Below, in pieces: positions 62,201 through 64,000 of a stretch of 64,000 nucleotides of DNA (its first letter is position 1; the number at the start of each line of letters is the position of its first letter). Made by a program: the position numbers and the translations under genes. Source of the stretch: Catajapyx aquilonaris (Eukaryota); assembly GCA_000934665.2 (NCBI GenBank), contig KZ538221.1, positions 1-64,000 of the forward strand, read 5' to 3'. The notes under the pieces were generated by a model. The model was not told the origin of the DNA. It saw only the letters and a list, made by a program, of their open reading frames with translations, and made no database searches.

Positions 62201-64000
62201 CTGATTATGATCAAGATCAAAGTCAATTTTAATATTGATCCAGGTCAAAGTTGATCCACAATATCAATTTTTCATCTTAACCTGGCCTGTCCCATTTCCA
62301 GCCCCAGCTTGACCTGGCGTGACATGCAGCACCTGGTGACCTGGACCTCTGAAGAAGTACCCCTCCGGAACAATCCGGGTTGGCAGCAAAACGCAGCCGG
62401 GTTTCGGGTCAATCTTCGATTCGGATTTGGCCTGATGAACGCCCTGGGAATGGTCCAATCAGCTTTGAACTGGACCCTAGTGCCCAATCAGCGTATTTGC
62501 CACGTCCAAATGGACCCCAGGTGGGACAGTCCTGGAAACAAAAGATATGTGTTTATTCAGCCTAGCCCCGACTTTTGGGCGAGTATAGCATAATGGGTGC
62601 TGTACAAATTCTGTGGGCTGTAATTACTCAAAAGTGAAGTGTACTGCATTGTAGTACTAGACGTATAAAAAAAAATCCCATTGACGTCACTGCATATCAA
62701 TAATGCAAATCCTTGCACACTGGGTGACCCCTTTGTACGGAGGATCAAAAGCACATGTCGCACTGCATTATGCTAGAAAATGTCAAAATTTTTATTAATT
62801 AAAAAAGTAATTAATTTCAATATGATAAACCGAAACACTCTGAATCCATTTTGAATCCCAAATTTGACGAAATTTTGAATACTAATTCTTGGCGCCATCT
62901 TGAATCTTAAAATCGACGCGACGCCATCTTGAGCCCTGAATCCATTTTGAATTTTAAATGTGACGTTATCTTGAATCCTGACGCCATCTTGAATCCTACA
63001 CTTGATCCATCTTGAACCCTGACTCCCTTTTAGATCCTGGCGCCACTTTGAATCCTGAAAGATACTCCATCTTGAATCCGGTTACCATTTTGAAGCTTAA
63101 ATTCGACGCCATCTTGAATTATAAATCTATCTTGAACCCTGTAACCCTCTTGAATCCTGAATCCATTCTGAATTTAAATGTGACGTCATCTTGAATCCTG
63201 AGTACAACTTGAACCCTAACTCCATTTTGAACCCTAACTCCATTTTGAATCTTAATTCTGACGCCATCTTATATCCTGAATCCATATTGAAGCTTAAATT
63301 CAACGCCATCTTGAATCCTGAATCTATCCTGAACCTTGAAACTATATTGAATCGTACATCCTGACGCCATCTTGAATCCTGGTGCCATTTTGAATCCTTA
63401 ATCCTCACTTGCGAACTAATTGCAAATATATTTTTATTTTTTATTATTGATTATTTAAATAAATGTATTTTTTTCCAGTGAGGTTGTGGTGTTCGGTTCC
63501 GGTAACCCCCTTTCGGTGCAAATTACAACTGACGCCTGCCAGGGAACGGAACAAGAGGTGAATATTTTAGAACACGTAGAACTGGTAGCTAGCATTTCCT
63601 ATCCGGTTAGAGGAGCATTGCAGATATACCTTACTTCGCCATCAGGTACGTCCGGTTTTAAAGGAAGTCGAACGAGGGAGAAACAACTCCATTACGATGA
63701 ACCTATCAAAAAAATCACATAAATCATCACGAATCTTCGTGAATTTTCACAAATCTTTGTAAATATCGATTAATCTCCATGAATCCTCAATTAATCTTTA
63801 TAAATCTTCTATGAATCCACATTAATATCCACCGAAGATGAGTTATTTCACCCTCGACAGGTTATGCGTTGTTGCCACCGTTTGTTCTGTATCGATACTT
63901 TCAGGGACGCGTGTTCAAGTGCTGACCAGTCGACCCAAGGACATGTCTAAAGATGGGTTCATCAAGTGGAGGTTCATGTCAGTTCACACTTGGGGTGAAA
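50096..64000 (+). CDS. PCSK1: Neuroendocrine convertase 1 (PC1/3)-like proprotein convertase, spliced gene, 3'-incomplete. join(50096..50275,53066..53311,53465..53611,55025..55190,59120..59505,59619..59719,62302..62520,63479..63645,63905..>64000)
   Basis: Manually spliced exons keep one frame (intron phases 0,0,0,1,0,2,2,1; all GT..AG). Translation gives a signal peptide, a prodomain ending RVKR, an S8 catalytic domain ([29 protein letters not shown]) and a P domain. [30 protein letters not shown] and [21 protein letters not shown] match PC1/3 rather than furin. Oxyanion Asn excludes PC2. Confidence 0.95.
53066..53311 (+). CDS. PCSK1: PC1/3 coding exon 2: prodomain, cleavage site(s) and mature N-terminus (VPGFPDTY...[13 protein letters not shown]...[12 protein letters not shown])
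   Basis: Branch-point-like GACTAAC, then tttacag acceptor; donor TTG|gtaagt; WAEQQ and FND..W...WYL convertase motifs. Confidence 0.95.
53465..53611 (+). CDS. PCSK1: PC1/3 coding exon 3 with catalytic Asp ([49 protein letters not shown])
   Basis: tttcag acceptor, TAT|gtaagt donor, 147 nt. Not in the ORF track; translated by hand. Confidence 0.95.
53620..54200. repeat. TTGAAATATTT array with a perfect 31-bp tandem at about 54057-54175
   Basis: Visible periodicity; intronic. Confidence 0.85.
55025..55190 (+). CDS. PCSK1: PC1/3 coding exon 4 with catalytic His ([55 protein letters not shown])
   Basis: ttttcag acceptor, G|gtgagt donor, 166 nt; translated by hand. Confidence 0.95.
55205..55825. 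repeat. About 30-bp minisatellite CTGATTGG(C/T)TGGAAGGAATGAGACGAG, intronic
   Basis: About 20 units, most with ATTGG; higher-order duplication of about 234 bp. Confidence 0.9.
56722..56790 (+). pseudogene. tRNA-Met(CAT) copy with a 4-nt deletion in the T stem, inside a PCSK1 intron
   Basis: Identical to the 57307 copy except GGCCGTGAGTTCGA is GGCCGTTCGA; followed by CCAC and a T run. Confidence 0.88.
57307..57379 (-). tRNA. tRNA-Met(CAT), elongator, intronic and antisense to PCSK1
   Basis: Reverse complement gives the full 73-nt cloverleaf with T-loop TTCGATC; followed by CCA-CTC-TTTT. Confidence 0.97.
57640..59085. repeat. AAAATAAGCAG / GATAACCACTAA degenerate array in mixed orientations
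   Basis: Both TAGTGGTTATC and GATAACCACTA blocks recur. Confidence 0.8.
58802..59006 (+). mobile_element. tRNA-derived SINE, slightly 5'-truncated
   Basis: tRNA-like 3' half with B box GGTTCGAATCC (58835-58845), central block GGATAATTCCGGGGTCGCTTCCG..ATAGGCCACAGCCGCTTCCTTC, 3' stem-loop GGAGGTTG/CAACCTCC; interrupts a unit of the host array. Confidence 0.85.
59120..59505 (+). CDS. PCSK1: PC1/3 coding exon 5 with oxyanion-hole Asn (IRMLDG...[15 protein letters not shown]...AAGNGG...[11 protein letters not shown])
   Basis: Overlaps ORF 59128..59556; ttttcag acceptor and ATT|gtaagt donor. Confidence 0.97.
59619..59719 (+). CDS. PCSK1: PC1/3 coding exon 6 with catalytic Ser ([33 protein letters not shown])
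   Basis: tttccag acceptor, AA|gtacgt donor, 101 nt. Confidence 0.95.
60243..60758. mobile_element. Non-autonomous hAT-type element with an internal 28-bp tandem array
   Basis: TIR AGGGCTGTGCGATAT...ATATCGCACAGCCCT; near-perfect 8-bp TSD TCACCAAG/GCACCAAC; about 10 copies of CGATATTTCGATACATCGACTGTTGATA. Confidence 0.85.
61450..62265. repeat. GATCAAAGTTGATCC degenerate array
   Basis: Dozens of TTGATC/GATCAA motifs ending just before the exon 7 acceptor. Confidence 0.9.
62302..62520 (+). CDS. PCSK1: PC1/3 coding exon 7 ([28 protein letters not shown]...FGFGLMNA...RICHVQMDP)
   Basis: Overlaps ORF 62309..62593; tttccag acceptor; CAG|gtggga donor is phase-compatible with the next exon. Confidence 0.9.
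62840..63400. repeat. GACGCCATCTTGAATCC degenerate array (about 20-bp units)
   Basis: Recurrent CCAT(C/T)TTGAATCC; same core as the 9040-9500 array. Confidence 0.9.
63479..63645 (+). CDS. PCSK1: PC1/3 coding exon 8, P domain ([10 protein letters not shown]...TDACQG...[27 protein letters not shown])
   Basis: tttttccag acceptor, G|gtacgt donor; LEHV and LTSPSG P-domain motifs. Confidence 0.93.
63905..64000 (+). CDS. PCSK1: PC1/3 coding exon 9, P domain, cut by the window end ([31 protein letters not shown])
   Basis: tttcag acceptor; [12 protein letters not shown] motif. Confidence 0.93.

Overview
Repeat-rich animal genomic DNA, probably an arthropod (inferred from a Dpr-like Ig exon, tRNA-SINEs and Helitron/HINE elements), from a gapped assembly. 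It is not prokaryotic, and almost all ORF-track ORFs are spurious readings of repeats. Supported genes: (1) a spliced neuroendocrine convertase 1 (PC1/3, PCSK1-like) gene on + from 50096 to beyond the window end, with 9 coding exons, all GT-AG and phase-compatible, and intact Asp/His/Ser triad plus oxyanion Asn; (2) one internal exon of a Dpr-like Ig-domain gene on - (9991-10142); (3) three intact elongator tRNA-Met(CAT) genes and one 4-nt-deleted copy, two of the four lying convergently inside a PCSK1 intron. The rest is non-autonomous mobile elements (MITEs, a hAT-type element, Helitrons, a DINE/HINE-like element, three SINEs) and roughly 30 degenerate arrays, each built on one short motif. 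The best leads are: genome-encoded CCA after three tRNA copies; apparent module swapping among the SINEs; a hAT element whose interior has expanded into a CGATA satellite; repeated fold-back inversions; and a doubled prodomain cleavage site plus an RGD-to-RGA change in the convertase. I found no clearly novel multi-gene system.
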